Notes under the pieces: model-generated
Databases searched by the model: none
What the model was told of the DNA's origin: nothing
What the model saw: the letters and a program-made list of their open reading frames with translations, nothing else
NCBI GenBank assembly: GCA_965215015.1
Contig: OZ244042.1
Location: 4,800,001-4,864,000, forward strand
DNA from: Candidatus Poribacteria bacterium
GTDB lineage: Bacteria; Poribacteria; WGA-4E; PCPOR2b
Length of the DNA: 64,000 bases
Reading direction: 5' to 3'
In this document: piece by piece, positions 11,430 through 21,369 of the stretch
Layout of the letters: each line of letters opens with the position of its first letter
Position numbering within the stretch: the first letter of the stretch is position 1
Translations under genes and position numbers: made by a program

Positions 11430-12452
11430 ATGACAAAAGTCGTCTATTTAATTATAGCCTTATATCTCAGTCTTGGAACACCCCCATTCCACTCCGTTAC
11501 CGCCCAACTTGAACACAGTGAGACAGATCCCTCCACGCAGGCTGAAAAATCCACCCCAACGCAACCCGAAATATCTTCCCCACCCCGGAGAGCAACTCTG
11601 TCAACCGATCCAGAAGATATCTCCCGAATTGTGCAAATTGGTGGTAGAGTCAATCTGGCAACCACAGAAATCGTTAATGACATTATTCTAGTCGCCGGAG
11701 ATGCAAAGATTCAAGGGCGTGTAAAGGGTTATATCTTTGTATTTGGAGGAAATGTTGAAATTAGCCCAGACGCACAAGTAACGGGCAAAGTTACAGTGGT
11801 TCTGGGCGAAATTATCGATAAAGAAGATTTACGGAACAAGACAAAGCATGGGACCGATGCCTACGAAGAAATTAACGGTTTGAAATTGGCAACCGCAGCC
11901 ACGTCATTAATGATGGAAGGAATGCCAAAGGAGATATGGGGAGATCGGCAATACGCATGGTTTGGTTGGGAGCTGATGACCTTCATCACACTAACGCTCG
12001 TCCATTTGCTACTCGTACTGATATTTCCACAACAGATCAACAATATGGCATCTACTATCGCCCATCGCCCAATTGGAAGCACGTTCCTCGGATTGATTGT
12101 TCTGGTAATCGTGCCTTATTTGTCAATCCTGCTCATCCTCTCGATTGCGGGTATCCCGTTCGCACTGCTATTGTGTGCTCTCTTGTTGCCAATAGCAATT
12201 TATGGGAAAACTGCAATCTTTCTCTCAATTGGAAACACAATCTTTCCACACCAATCAAACATCGTTGCGGTCATTGTTGGATACTGGATTTATCGAATGG
12301 CAACGGTAATTCCCTACCTCAGTATTCCAACCTTTATTATTGCAAGTACCATCGGAATTGGCATTAGTCTCCGAACCGTGTTTGGTCAGAAACCGACTCA
12401 ACTTGCCAAGAGCCAGCACCGGGAATATTCTCCCCCAAGGATTCATCGATAA
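11430..12452 (+). CDS. membrane protein with N-terminal bactofilin-like beta-helix repeats and four C-terminal TM helices
   Basis: Signal-like N-terminus; GG.V/GDA.I.G.V.G repeats (IGGRVNL, VAGDAKIQGRVKG, VFGGNVEI, VTGKV); hydrophobic C-terminal half. Confidence 0.65.
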   Translation: MTKVVYLIIALYLSLGTPPFHSVTAQLEHSETDPSTQAEKSTPTQPEISSPPRRATLSTDPEDISRIVQIGGRVNLATTEIVNDIILVAGDAKIQGRVKGYIFVFGGNVEISPDAQVTGKVTVVLGEIIDKEDLRNKTKHGTDAYEEINGLKLATAATSLMMEGMPKEIWGDRQYAWFGWELMTFITLTLVHLLLVLIFPQQINNMASTIAHRPIGSTFLGLIVLVIVPYLSILLILSIAGIPFALLLCALLLPIAIYGKTAIFLSIGNTIFPHQSNIVAVIVGYWIYRMATVIPYLSIPTFIIASTIGIGISLRTVFGQKPTQLAKSQHREYSPPRIHR

Positions 12453-12771
12453 TACTACTTTGAATCCTGACCTCATCGAGATCCTATATGCCGTAACCCC
12501 TGTGCACACTGCGGCACAGTGCAGCGTAATCGCTGCAATGGTACTAACGAACCAATGAACTACCTCCGTAGATTGGGCATCTTGCCTGATTCATAGCCCC
12601 TATTGCTCTGATCCCATCGGGAAGGGCAATACTTCAAATTTCACGTCCCGGTATCGTTGCCTTTCCTTCCGAAAGACTTACGAGACCGTGGATCCACGAT
12701 TCCGTAAGCGTCGGTACGACGCAACGGCATCGGGCCATCACGTTTCAATGTTCTGTTCAACAGTTTGAGGT

Positions 12772-13758
12772 GTGCTCTTGCGATTGGAACATCCTGGATT
12801 TCTCCTGTTACTCCTGCTTTTGCCATTCCTCCTCTGGTATTTGCGTCAGAAAAACAGCGGTCATATCCGCTTTTCAGACCTCAGTATCAGCCGTCAGATT
12901 ACGCCCAGCTTTTGGGTTCGGTCCCTTCCGGCCCTGAATTTTGCGCGATTTCTTGTCGTCGTTCTCATGATTTTTGCCCTCGCCCGGCCACAGTCATCCC
13001 AAAGCCGCGAGCAGATTGCCTCTGAAGGTATTGATATTCTGCTAATCCTTGACATTTCAGGAAGCATGCGAGCGGAAGATTTCAAGCCCCATAACCGTTT
13101 GCACGCAGCAAAAGCGGTTATCCACGACTTTTTAGGAGAGCGGAAGAACGACCGCATCGGATTAGTTGTTTTCGCCGGTGAAAGTTACACACAATGTCCC
13201 CTCACGCTCGATTACCGGGTCTTGGGGAATCTGCTCCTTAATGTCGAGATTGGTATGCTTGAAGATGGCACCGCCATCGGGGATGCCCTTGCCAATGCTA
13301 CCAATAGACTCCGCCATTCAACAACCAAGAGTAAAATTGCAATCTTGCTCACCGACGGGGAGAACAACGCCGGAACTATTGATCCGTTGACCGCTGCCCA
13401 AGCCGCCAAAGCCCTCAACATCAAGGTGTATACCATCGGCATGGGGCAAGAAGGCGGTGCACTTATTCCCTATCGTGATCCCGTTTTTGGATTGCAGTAT
13501 AGCCAGACTCGGACCTATGTTGATGAAGAAATGCTCAAACAGATCGCAGAAATTACAGACGGACGTTACTTCCGGGCGACCGATAATCAAAAACTCGCTG
13601 AGATTTATAAAGAAATTAACCAGCTTGAAACAACAAAGATTGAGACCCTGGAATACATCCGTTATAAGGAGCTCGCCGCGTACCCTTTAATCCCTGCTAC
13701 GCTCCTGCTAATCTTGGAAATTATCCTGTCAAACACACGCCTGCGAAAAATCCCCTGA
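12772..13758 (+). CDS. batA: VWA domain protein, BatA-like
   Basis: N-terminal EHP..LLLL double TM, ALARPQ, MIDAS DISGSM, GTAIGDAL, LLTDGENN, TDGRYFRATD. Confidence 0.88.
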   Translation: MLLRLEHPGFLLLLLLLPFLLWYLRQKNSGHIRFSDLSISRQITPSFWVRSLPALNFARFLVVVLMIFALARPQSSQSREQIASEGIDILLILDISGSMRAEDFKPHNRLHAAKAVIHDFLGERKNDRIGLVVFAGESYTQCPLTLDYRVLGNLLLNVEIGMLEDGTAIGDALANATNRLRHSTTKSKIAILLTDGENNAGTIDPLTAAQAAKALNIKVYTIGMGQEGGALIPYRDPVFGLQYSQTRTYVDEEMLKQIAEITDGRYFRATDNQKLAEIYKEINQLETTKIETLEYIRYKELAAYPLIPATLLLILEIILSNTRLRKIP

Positions 13759-13776
13759 ACGCGAAAGGACGATTCA

Positions 13777-14769
13777 ATGGAAATTTATCGATGGGAAGGG
13801 AAAGGCTTTCGACAACTAGCCCCGTTGCGCTTTGAAGAAGAGCGCGACCTCGAAGACCTACTCGAGCAGGATCCCAATCTTCTCCTAGGAAACGAGCGCA
13901 TTTGTATAATCAGCCGACAAGTTCCCATCGGAAAATCCCAAAAAATCGATCTCCTCGCACTCGACCGTCAAGGAAATTGTATCGTCATCGAACTCAAGCG
14001 GGGAAAAGCCTCCCGTGCGGCGGTTGCACAAATTCTCGAATACGCCGCAGCCGTTGCCAAATTCTCCTTTGCCGATCTGGAGCGTTTTGCAGGACGCTGG
14101 TTTCAGGGACAAGGACGCGAGTTTACCTCTCTGCTCGCACTGCACAGCGCGTTCTTCAGCTACGAATTGGGTGCCATGAGGATGTCTGCCTTCAATCGTA
14201 AGCAGCGGATGGTTCTTGTTTCTGAAGGGGTTGATGTGCGTGTCCTCGATATCGCCGAATACCTCCGGCGCGGTGGCATCGACCTGACCTACATTTCCTA
14301 CTTCTCCTACCAAGCACCTGACGAAATCCTGATTGCTACAAAGACAATACTCGGCACCGCTGCCATTGAGGAATCCCGCGCCACCTATCAATACACCCCC
14401 CGGCAGCTCTTAACCCGCGAGCGTTTTCTCGCCACACTTACCAAGAATCAAGAACTCCATCAGGTTGCCCAACAATTCTTTAATTACGTGGAATCGTGCG
14501 GTGCAATTCTTCGGCCGAGAATCGCCCAGATTCGCATGACAATTGGCGGAAGGTGGTGGATGGGGTCATATCCATCGAAACGAGCAACCCATTTTCGGAT
14601 CGATGCCCACGGGGATTTCACGCCGAGGCACATCGCCGAGTGTCGATCGAACCTCCCTGACGTAACACCCAAAAAATACGGAGTTTCGTTCAACATCAAA
14701 TCCCAGGCCCATCTGGAATACGCCATCGAAATTTTTGAACGCACACGAAACACAATCTTAGAGGAGTAA
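13777..14769 (+). CDS. NucS/DUF91-like PD-(D/E)xK endonuclease domain protein with C-terminal accessory domain
   Basis: E.DLEDLL, RQV, IDLLALD..GN..VIELKR, AVAQILEY motifs. Confidence 0.75.
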   Translation: MEIYRWEGKGFRQLAPLRFEEERDLEDLLEQDPNLLLGNERICIISRQVPIGKSQKIDLLALDRQGNCIVIELKRGKASRAAVAQILEYAAAVAKFSFADLERFAGRWFQGQGREFTSLLALHSAFFSYELGAMRMSAFNRKQRMVLVSEGVDVRVLDIAEYLRRGGIDLTYISYFSYQAPDEILIATKTILGTAAIEESRATYQYTPRQLLTRERFLATLTKNQELHQVAQQFFNYVESCGAILRPRIAQIRMTIGGRWWMGSYPSKRATHFRIDAHGDFTPRHIAECRSNLPDVTPKKYGVSFNIKSQAHLEYAIEIFERTRNTILEE

Positions 14770-14854
14770 ATGCAGGATGGCAGGATAGCCCTTACATCTC
14801 ACGCATTATGTTACGTTTCATTCTTCACACCTTATCCACTCTCAGGAGAAAACC

Positions 14855-15928
14855 ATGTCAGATAAGCTCAAAGTTGGTGTTATCGGCACCGGAATCATCG
14901 GCAAAAGCCATCTGCGCGGCTATCAGTCCATGCTTAATGATGTCGATATTGTTGCAGTGGCAGACATAGATGAATCCGAAGCCCAACGGGTCGCGCAGGA
15001 GCATGATATTCCGCACGTTTTTTCCGATTATCGCGACCTGCTGAAAATTGACGAAATTGATAGTGTCGATGTCTGTCTACCCAATTTCCTGCACGCCCCG
15101 ATTACAATCGCAGCACTCGAAGCAGGGAAGCATGTTTACTGCGAGAAGCCGATGGCAAAAACAGGTCCAGAAGCAATCGCAATGTATGAGACCGCACAGA
15201 GAACAGGGAAAAAGTTGTCGGTGCAAATGGCAACGGTCTTCACCAGAGAGACACGGGCCGCCAAACGCCTCATCAAAGCAGATGCGCTCGGCAACGTCTA
15301 CTATGTCAAGACAAGCCACTATCGCCGTCGCGGACGCCCCTATGTTGATGGCTACGCGACACCCCACTTCGTTCAACGGGAGAAAGCGGGGGGTGGTACA
15401 TTGTTGGACACAGGCATCTATAACATGGCACGAATGGTTTACCTACTCGCTAATCCCGAAATCGAAACTGTAAGCGCGTCCACCTTTCAAGAGCTTGACA
15501 TGGACGAAGGGCGCCGACAAGCAAGTGGCTACGATGTCGAGGAACTCGGCACCGGCTTTGTCCGTTTCAAAGGCGGGGTCACAATGTTTGTGGAAGAAGC
15601 ATGGGCAGCCAACATGGGCGGCGGCGAAGGCGACCGCATCATGGGCTCAAAAGGCGGAATCAAACTAAACCCGTTTACCTTCTACACTGACCTCTACGGC
15701 ATGGATGCAGACGTAATCTTCGATATCGATGCCTATGAAAGACGCCTGCGCTCCCTCGGATACATGGGGGAGGGCTATGAGAGTTCACAGCAGCATGTTG
15801 TCTGGGGCTTGTTGGGGCGCGTTAAAATGATTGATACCGGTGCAATTGGCTTGACCGTCGCTCGCATCACAGAGGCGATGTATCAGTCCGCTGAACGGCG
15901 GAAAGAGATTGATTTGCTGCAGCAATAA
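14855..15928 (+). CDS. Gfo/Idh/MocA family oxidoreductase
   Basis: VGVIGTGIIG, GKHVYCEKPMA, GGGTLLDTGIY. Confidence 0.92.
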   Translation: MSDKLKVGVIGTGIIGKSHLRGYQSMLNDVDIVAVADIDESEAQRVAQEHDIPHVFSDYRDLLKIDEIDSVDVCLPNFLHAPITIAALEAGKHVYCEKPMAKTGPEAIAMYETAQRTGKKLSVQMATVFTRETRAAKRLIKADALGNVYYVKTSHYRRRGRPYVDGYATPHFVQREKAGGGTLLDTGIYNMARMVYLLANPEIETVSASTFQELDMDEGRRQASGYDVEELGTGFVRFKGGVTMFVEEAWAANMGGGEGDRIMGSKGGIKLNPFTFYTDLYGMDADVIFDIDAYERRLRSLGYMGEGYESSQQHVVWGLLGRVKMIDTGAIGLTVARITEAMYQSAERRKEIDLLQQ

Positions 15929-15956
15929 TTTTTTAATCTTATAGAAAGGTCACACA

Positions 15957-16796
15957 TTGACAAAATTTGAATATACCTATCAGCGAAACTATCGTGGTCC
16001 GTTAAAGGCAATAATCCTAGACTGGGCAGGAACAACCATGGACTATGGCTGCTATGCGCCCGCCGTTGTGTTCGTTGAAGTTTACCAGCGCAAAAACGTT
16101 CCAATCACCATCGAAGAAGCGCGTGTTCCGATGGGAGCACATAAAAAAGTACATATTCGGGAGATCTCGCAGCTCGAATCCGTGGCACAGCGATGGCTGG
16201 AGACTCATGGGCGCAACCCCAACGAAACCGACGTCGAAGCCATGTTCCAAGAGTTTATTCCCCTTCAACTCGCTTGCCTCGCAGACTACGCAGATCTCAT
16301 CCCCGGCACCCTAGAAGCTATCACAGCATTCCGCAGCCGAGGACTCAAAATCGGCTCCACCACCGGATACCTCCGAGAAATGATGGAGCTCCTCCTCAAA
16401 GAGGCAGGAAATCGTGGCTACACACCGGACGCAACGGTCTGCGCCAGCGATGTACCGGCAGGGCGTCCAGAACCGTGGATGTGCCTGCAAAACGCTATGA
16501 ATCTGGGTATCTATCCGATGGAAGCGATTGTCAAAGTGGGCGATACCCTCCCAGACATCGAAGAAGGACTCAACGCCGGCATGTGGACCATCGGCCTCGC
16601 CAAAACCGGCAATGAAATTGGACTCAATGCACAGGAGATCGCGGACCTACCCCAAGATATACTAGAGGCCAAGCTGGCACAGGCGTATACGCGGATGTAT
16701 CAGACCGGCGCACACTATGTGGTAGATGGAATCTGGGATGTGCCACCAATTCTAGATCTGATTGAAGAGCGGTTACAGCACGGCGAACGTCCATAG
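15957..16796 (+). CDS. phnX: phosphonoacetaldehyde hydrolase (phosphonatase)
   Basis: HAD motif DWAGTTMDYG, Schiff-base Lys segment MGAHKKVHIR, GRPEPWM, KVGDT, EGLNAGMW. Confidence 0.93.
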   Translation: MTKFEYTYQRNYRGPLKAIILDWAGTTMDYGCYAPAVVFVEVYQRKNVPITIEEARVPMGAHKKVHIREISQLESVAQRWLETHGRNPNETDVEAMFQEFIPLQLACLADYADLIPGTLEAITAFRSRGLKIGSTTGYLREMMELLLKEAGNRGYTPDATVCASDVPAGRPEPWMCLQNAMNLGIYPMEAIVKVGDTLPDIEEGLNAGMWTIGLAKTGNEIGLNAQEIADLPQDILEAKLAQAYTRMYQTGAHYVVDGIWDVPPILDLIEERLQHGERP

Positions 16797-17066
16797 TGAA
16801 TATCAATTGCAATTCCTACGGAATTTTGAAAGCGATCAATTTCTATGTTGCAATTTTATTTTCGTGATATTATTATTCTTGAATCAAAGGGTCAAGACGG
16901 ATTTTGTACAGGAAAATAAGATGCAATCTTTTGGTCAAAAGATTCAAGCTTTGAGAAAAACCAGAGAAAAATTGCTTTGACAGGCCGCGGCAGATATAGA
17001 GATGGATCAAGCTATCCTAAGCAAACTCGAAAATGGAATGTCCCTTTAAACAAGGAGAGTAAATCC

Positions 17067-18110
17067 ATGACCAACGCAACCTACCGGGCAGGCATTATTG
17101 GGCTCGGTTTTATCGGCGGGGCAGACCAAGTCTCAGGAGACGCCCTCGGTCAGCATGTCAGTGGCCTCGACGGTACACACTTCGCCTCCCTGTCCAATCA
17201 CCCCCGCGTCAATCTAATCGCCGGCAGCAGTCGCGATACGGGACGGAGAGAACGCTTTGTGCAGCGCGCAGGGGCAACAACCTACGCCGACTGGGAGGAG
17301 ATGCTAGCGCAAGAGGCACTCGACATTGTAAGCGTAGCAACCTATGCGCCGGTGCACGCGGAAATCTCTGTGGCGTGTGCTAAGCAGGGGATCCGCGCTA
17401 TCTATTGCGAAAAGCCGATAGCAACACGACTTCGAGATGCGGAACAAATGGTTGAGGCATGTGCCGAAACGGGTGCACTTTTGGTCATCAACCACCAACG
17501 ACGGTTCAATCTCAACCACCGACGGCTGCGAGAGCATATCGCTGCGGATGGTTTAGGAGAATTAACTTCCGCGTCGTTGCAGTGGGGATCTGGCAGACTG
17601 GGAAATGTTGGCACCCACATGATTGACGCGCTCCTTATGCTCACTGGTCGAAAGATTGAGGCGGTCTCCGCCACGCTCGACCTCGCCGGCAAACCCGATT
17701 GTCGTGGTCCGAAATTTCGTGACCCCGGTGGGTGGGGTGTCATAAGATTAGAGGGCGGAACCATGGTCACGGTAGACGCAGGGGACTACGCTCAAGTTCC
17801 GGGACAAATCATCCTGAACGGCACGGAGGGTCGCGCCATCTCCGATGGCAGTAGCATAACCCTCGAATACTGGGGCGGGCGTCAGGAACATTGGCACAGT
17901 GCCAACGATGGAGTGACAGGGATGGACCAAGCCGTTTCCGAAATCATAACGTGGCTTGATGATGGAACCGAATTTCCGTACCCCGCCTCCGAGGCAGTCG
18001 ATACACTGGAAACCATCGTCGGTTTTCACGCTTCACATGCTCGGAATGCGGCGTGGATAGAGCTCCCGCTATCGGGTTCAGACCGGGAGCGCGAAGTCCT
18101 CAGTGGATAA
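17067..18110 (+). CDS. Gfo/Idh/MocA family oxidoreductase
   Basis: GIIGLGFIG, YCEKPIA, VINHQRRF, NVGTHMID; ATG at 17067 after AGGAG. Confidence 0.9.
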   Translation: MTNATYRAGIIGLGFIGGADQVSGDALGQHVSGLDGTHFASLSNHPRVNLIAGSSRDTGRRERFVQRAGATTYADWEEMLAQEALDIVSVATYAPVHAEISVACAKQGIRAIYCEKPIATRLRDAEQMVEACAETGALLVINHQRRFNLNHRRLREHIAADGLGELTSASLQWGSGRLGNVGTHMIDALLMLTGRKIEAVSATLDLAGKPDCRGPKFRDPGGWGVIRLEGGTMVTVDAGDYAQVPGQIILNGTEGRAISDGSSITLEYWGGRQEHWHSANDGVTGMDQAVSEIITWLDDGTEFPYPASEAVDTLETIVGFHASHARNAAWIELPLSGSDREREVLSG

Positions 18111-18344
18111 CGACGTGAGGGAGAGGCCCAAGTCTGTAACAAAGTGAAGAGAAGAATATGAAGTGCAAAGCAGCAAAACTCCTAAAGATCTTATGTTTCT
18201 TCAAATGCAGGCTTCTTAGCACCGATACTTGATCAAGAGCTTGTGCCTGGCCAAAAATATAGACAGTGCCCAGATCACAGGCTACCTTCCCTCCGCTAAA
18301 TACTCGGTAGGCTGTCCGTCAATTCCTGGCTCACTGAGTCTATT

Positions 18345-19005
18345 CCCCCTGCTTGCGGGGGGCTTTAATTAGGTTAGTAGTAGCGCGATTCATTGCGCGT
18401 CTTGTGTCCTCCCCCTGCTTGCGGGGGAATTTAATTAGGTTGGTAGTAGCGCGATTCATTGCGCGTCTTGTGTCCTCCCCTGCTTGCGGGGGCTTAATTA
18501 GTTTGGTAGTAGCGCGATTCATTGCGCGTCTTATGTCCTCCCCTGCTTGTGCGGAGGCTTAATTAGGTTAGTAGTAGCGCGATTCATTACGCGTCTTGTG
18601 TCCTCCCCTTGCTTGCGAGGGACTTAATTAGTTTGGTAGTAGCGCGATTCATTACGCGTCTTGTGTCCTCCCCTGCTTGCGGGTTGCATCCCTGCTTACG
18701 TTCTTTCCCCGCCGCTTGTGCCCTCCCCCTGCTTGCGGGGGAATTTAATTAGTTTGGTAGTAGCGCGATTCATTGCGCGTCTTGTGTCCTCCCCTGCTTG
18801 TGCGGAGGGACTTAATTAGTTTGGTAGTAGCGCGATTCATTGCGCGTCTTGTGTCCTCCCCTGCTTGTGCGGAGGCTTAATTAGGTTAGTAGTAGCGCGA
18901 TTCATTACGCGTCTTGTGTCCTCCCCTGCTTGCGGGTTGCATCCCTGCTTACGTTCTTTCCCCGCCGCTTGTGCCCTCCCCCTGCTTGCGGGGGACCGAG
19001 GGGGG
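18345..19005. repeat. tandem array of about 63-66 bp composite REP units (8 copies of GTAGTAGCGCGATTCATT(G/A)CGCG alternating with CCCCTGCTTGCGGGG)
   Basis: GTAG core at about 18377, 18443, 18506, 18571, 18637, 18757, 18824, 18889; an inserted variant (GGGTTGCATCCCTGCTTACGTTCTTTCCCCGCCGC) occurs twice; no unique spacers. Confidence 0.92.
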
Positions 19006-19100
19006 TCTTGGGTTCTTAGGGGGAAGAAACCGTGTGGGTATCGGGATTCGAGGGGGGCACCCGCCCATAAAAGAGTCTCGGAGCGTAGACGGTCCAATTT

Positions 19101-19754
19101 TCAGAATGTGTCAATCCCCTCAAACTCAGGAGGATCGGGCGGCTCCACCTTCGCATTACGACCAAATCTAAAGGTCACCACGACCGAGGTACCGTTCAGA
19201 TCTGAGTTATCGATTCCTGCGATGCCAACGCCACGGATATAGCGGTAACTCCCTCCAAAATAGATCTGGAGATAAGTTTTCATATTCCATACTATATTGA
19301 GTTGCGGCTGAATAATAAAAAAAGTATCGTCGGGACCACCCAATCTACCATATTCATCATAGGATCCATCAAACCGCTGATATCGATCTGTCAACCCACC
19401 AAACCCGATCAAAGTCTGGGCAGAGAGATGGACATCTCGACTGGGAGCGATAATATATTCCAGCTCCAGTCCACTGTAGGCAAACTCAAATTCACGTTCA
19501 GGATCAGACGATTTTATGTCTCTGAGCAAGCCGTAAAATCCGCCCCCAATTGCATACCTATGTTTATAAATCCAGCCCCCTCGACCACCAACTATCAAGC
19601 CGAATACATTGTTAATCCTTGTAACCTTTAATACCGGTCCCCCAAAACCACCGCTTTTGCTAGGCTTCTCAGCCTTCGTTTCTTCCAAATCCTCTTCTGC
19701 CCAAAGAGAGGCTGCCAACATAAGTAAAAACAACAAAAGCGTCAATTTTTTCAC
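19101..19754 (-). CDS. exported protein, probable small outer-membrane beta-barrel
   Basis: Signal peptide MKKLTLLLFLLMLAASLWA after AGGGAG; SGGFGGP...GGRGGW, alternating amphipathic strands, GGSYRY, terminal FRFG strand. Confidence 0.7.
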   Translation of the reverse strand: MKKLTLLLFLLMLAASLWAEEDLEETKAEKPSKSGGFGGPVLKVTRINNVFGLIVGGRGGWIYKHRYAIGGGFYGLLRDIKSSDPEREFEFAYSGLELEYIIAPSRDVHLSAQTLIGFGGLTDRYQRFDGSYDEYGRLGGPDDTFFIIQPQLNIVWNMKTYLQIYFGGSYRYIRGVGIAGIDNSDLNGTSVVVTFRFGRNAKVEPPDPPEFEGIDTF

Positions 19755-19782
19755 CAAATTCTCCCTTAAATTTGAAAGGTTA

Positions 19783-20228
19783 TTATACACTTTCCGCGTT
19801 CACCGAATCTTCAAGCTGTGTCATCAATTTCTGTGACAGCCGGGCTAGGATAGCGAGGCGAAAGTTCGCATCCCCATCCACGCCAAACTGCTCGAAAACC
19901 TGTTCGATTCCGCGCTCGATGTTGTTGACTTGCCCCTCATTGGATCAAGGTGTCCTGCTGCCTCGCGGAGCCGTGCTTCAATGTCGATATCGCTTCCCTC
20001 CCATAGGGCATAGGCATCGTTGTAACGACGGTAAATAACAATAGAGCGTCCCTCTAACATCATCAATGCAGACTCAAACGATTGGACAGACTCATCAGCT
20101 TCATTCCGGAATGTCTCCGCGGCAGCATCAAGTGCGTAACGGAGTAAAGCCTTTGAGTTTTTCAGATTCACGCTTGCTTCCCCGACAATACCGAGCAGAC
20201 CGACGGTTTTGATCAGTTTCACTGTCAT
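19783..20228 (-). pseudogene. internally deleted remnant of a large SspC-like ATP-binding protein
   Basis: Frame 1 LIKTVGLLGI...RSIVIYRRYNDAYALWEGSDIDIEARL resembles the middle of the large ATPases found with DUF4007/PAPS-reductase genes; it joins out of frame near 19940 to NEGQVNNIERGIEQVF...FRLAILARLSQKLM...SV*, which reads like a C-terminus. No Walker A region remains. Confidence 0.65.
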
Positions 20229-20343
20229 GGTTATTCGGGACTGAGGTGGGGCTTAGGGTTCTTAGCAGGGGAAGGGGGTACAGCATACGCCGTATGCTTA
20301 ATACCTTAAAGACTCTCACGGAATACCTTTGCGATTCTGCCGA

Positions 20344-21231
20344 TTACAATTCACGGTAATCCCCTTGAAATACCTCTCTGATGTGCCAGTTTATAAAATT
20401 TTCGTGCGGATAATAGGACTGCCTTTGAGGGAAGTTGATCCTTTCACCGTGAAAATTCATAAGCCACTCTTCAAAACCCACTGAACCATTGGCCTCATCT
20501 GATACCATTATTTCTAGTTGCTCGGACAGCGTAAACGCCCCACGGTCAAATAGCTTATGGTGTAACGAACATAGAGCCAATCCATTTACTTCTGTATCGG
20601 GACCATCTGCCTGACGCCATTTGATATGAGATGCTTCTAGCGCAATAGGCAAGGTGCCCAATCTCACATCAAAGCCACAGACAGCGCATTTATATTCGTA
20701 GGCTTTCAGGATATTCGCCCGGAAGTTGGAGTTGGGCCTTCGCCACCTGGAGATCTGAGGAGGAAACCCAATCCCAACAGCCTGTAAAATGTCCTCATGA
20801 AGCGAAGGAGGAAAATGACCATCTAGTAAGCTATGGATTATTTCAAAAGACAATTTGGAATCGTTTTGAAGTTGATAAGCAATATCTTCGAGAAAACCTC
20901 CAGAAGTGTTGTAACGGACCAGATCGCTTCTTAGAGCGTCTCCACTGGCTGTTTGTCGAATTCTGTCGGCATCAGATATCTCCCAAATTCCGTCATTTTG
21001 GAGCCGCCAAAACGGATAATGTGTTCTATCATTGGCTTGTCTGGGACCAAACTCCCTCAGTAAATTTCCAAGGTTGTCATCTATTTCAGAATATGGCAGG
21101 AAGCGGTTCCCATCTCGTAGTAACTTTCCAATGGCATACAGAACCAGCAGAGGCTTGTGAGGTGCTCTCCTGTCAGCATTTTTCCACACTTTTAATTGTT
21201 CAAATTTATGAGCAATTGCTTCTCTGTTCAT
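20344..21231 (-). CDS. phosphorothioated-DNA-binding restriction endonuclease (SBD + HNH)
   Basis: Sulfur-binding-domain motifs RAPHKPLL and HYPFWRLQNDGIWE (ScoMcrA SBD type); HNH with CAVCG, ASHIKW, NGLALCSLHHKLFD. Confidence 0.88.
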   Translation of the reverse strand: MNREAIAHKFEQLKVWKNADRRAPHKPLLVLYAIGKLLRDGNRFLPYSEIDDNLGNLLREFGPRQANDRTHYPFWRLQNDGIWEISDADRIRQTASGDALRSDLVRYNTSGGFLEDIAYQLQNDSKLSFEIIHSLLDGHFPPSLHEDILQAVGIGFPPQISRWRRPNSNFRANILKAYEYKCAVCGFDVRLGTLPIALEASHIKWRQADGPDTEVNGLALCSLHHKLFDRGAFTLSEQLEIMVSDEANGSVGFEEWLMNFHGERINFPQRQSYYPHENFINWHIREVFQGDYREL

Positions 21232-21258
21232 TTTTCATGGCCTGCTATTTGAGAGAAT

Positions 21259-21369
21259 CTATGATAGGCAAGGCAGGATTTTCGGCACTTTGTCCCGCAT
21301 GTAAATCGCGAGTGCTGAGCTATCTTTGCCACCGGAAAGGCCGAGGATATGACGCATTTTTTGTTCCAT
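21259..21369 (-). pseudogene. truncated sspD-like 5' stub (36 codons)
   Basis: MEQKMRHILGLSGGKDSSALAIYMRDKVPK-ILPCLS*; the first 29-30 codons and about 75 bp of upstream leader align with the gene starting at 24966. Confidence 0.9.

Noticed and set aside
12647-12734. SRP or 6S RNA
   Set aside because: GGAAGGAA occurs on the minus strand but the surrounding SRP helix-8 motif is absent, and it is too short for 6S. Kept only as an unassigned structure.
18345-19005. Possible CRISPR array
   Set aside because: The sequence between repeats is itself repeated, there are no unique spacers, and no cas genes are in the window.
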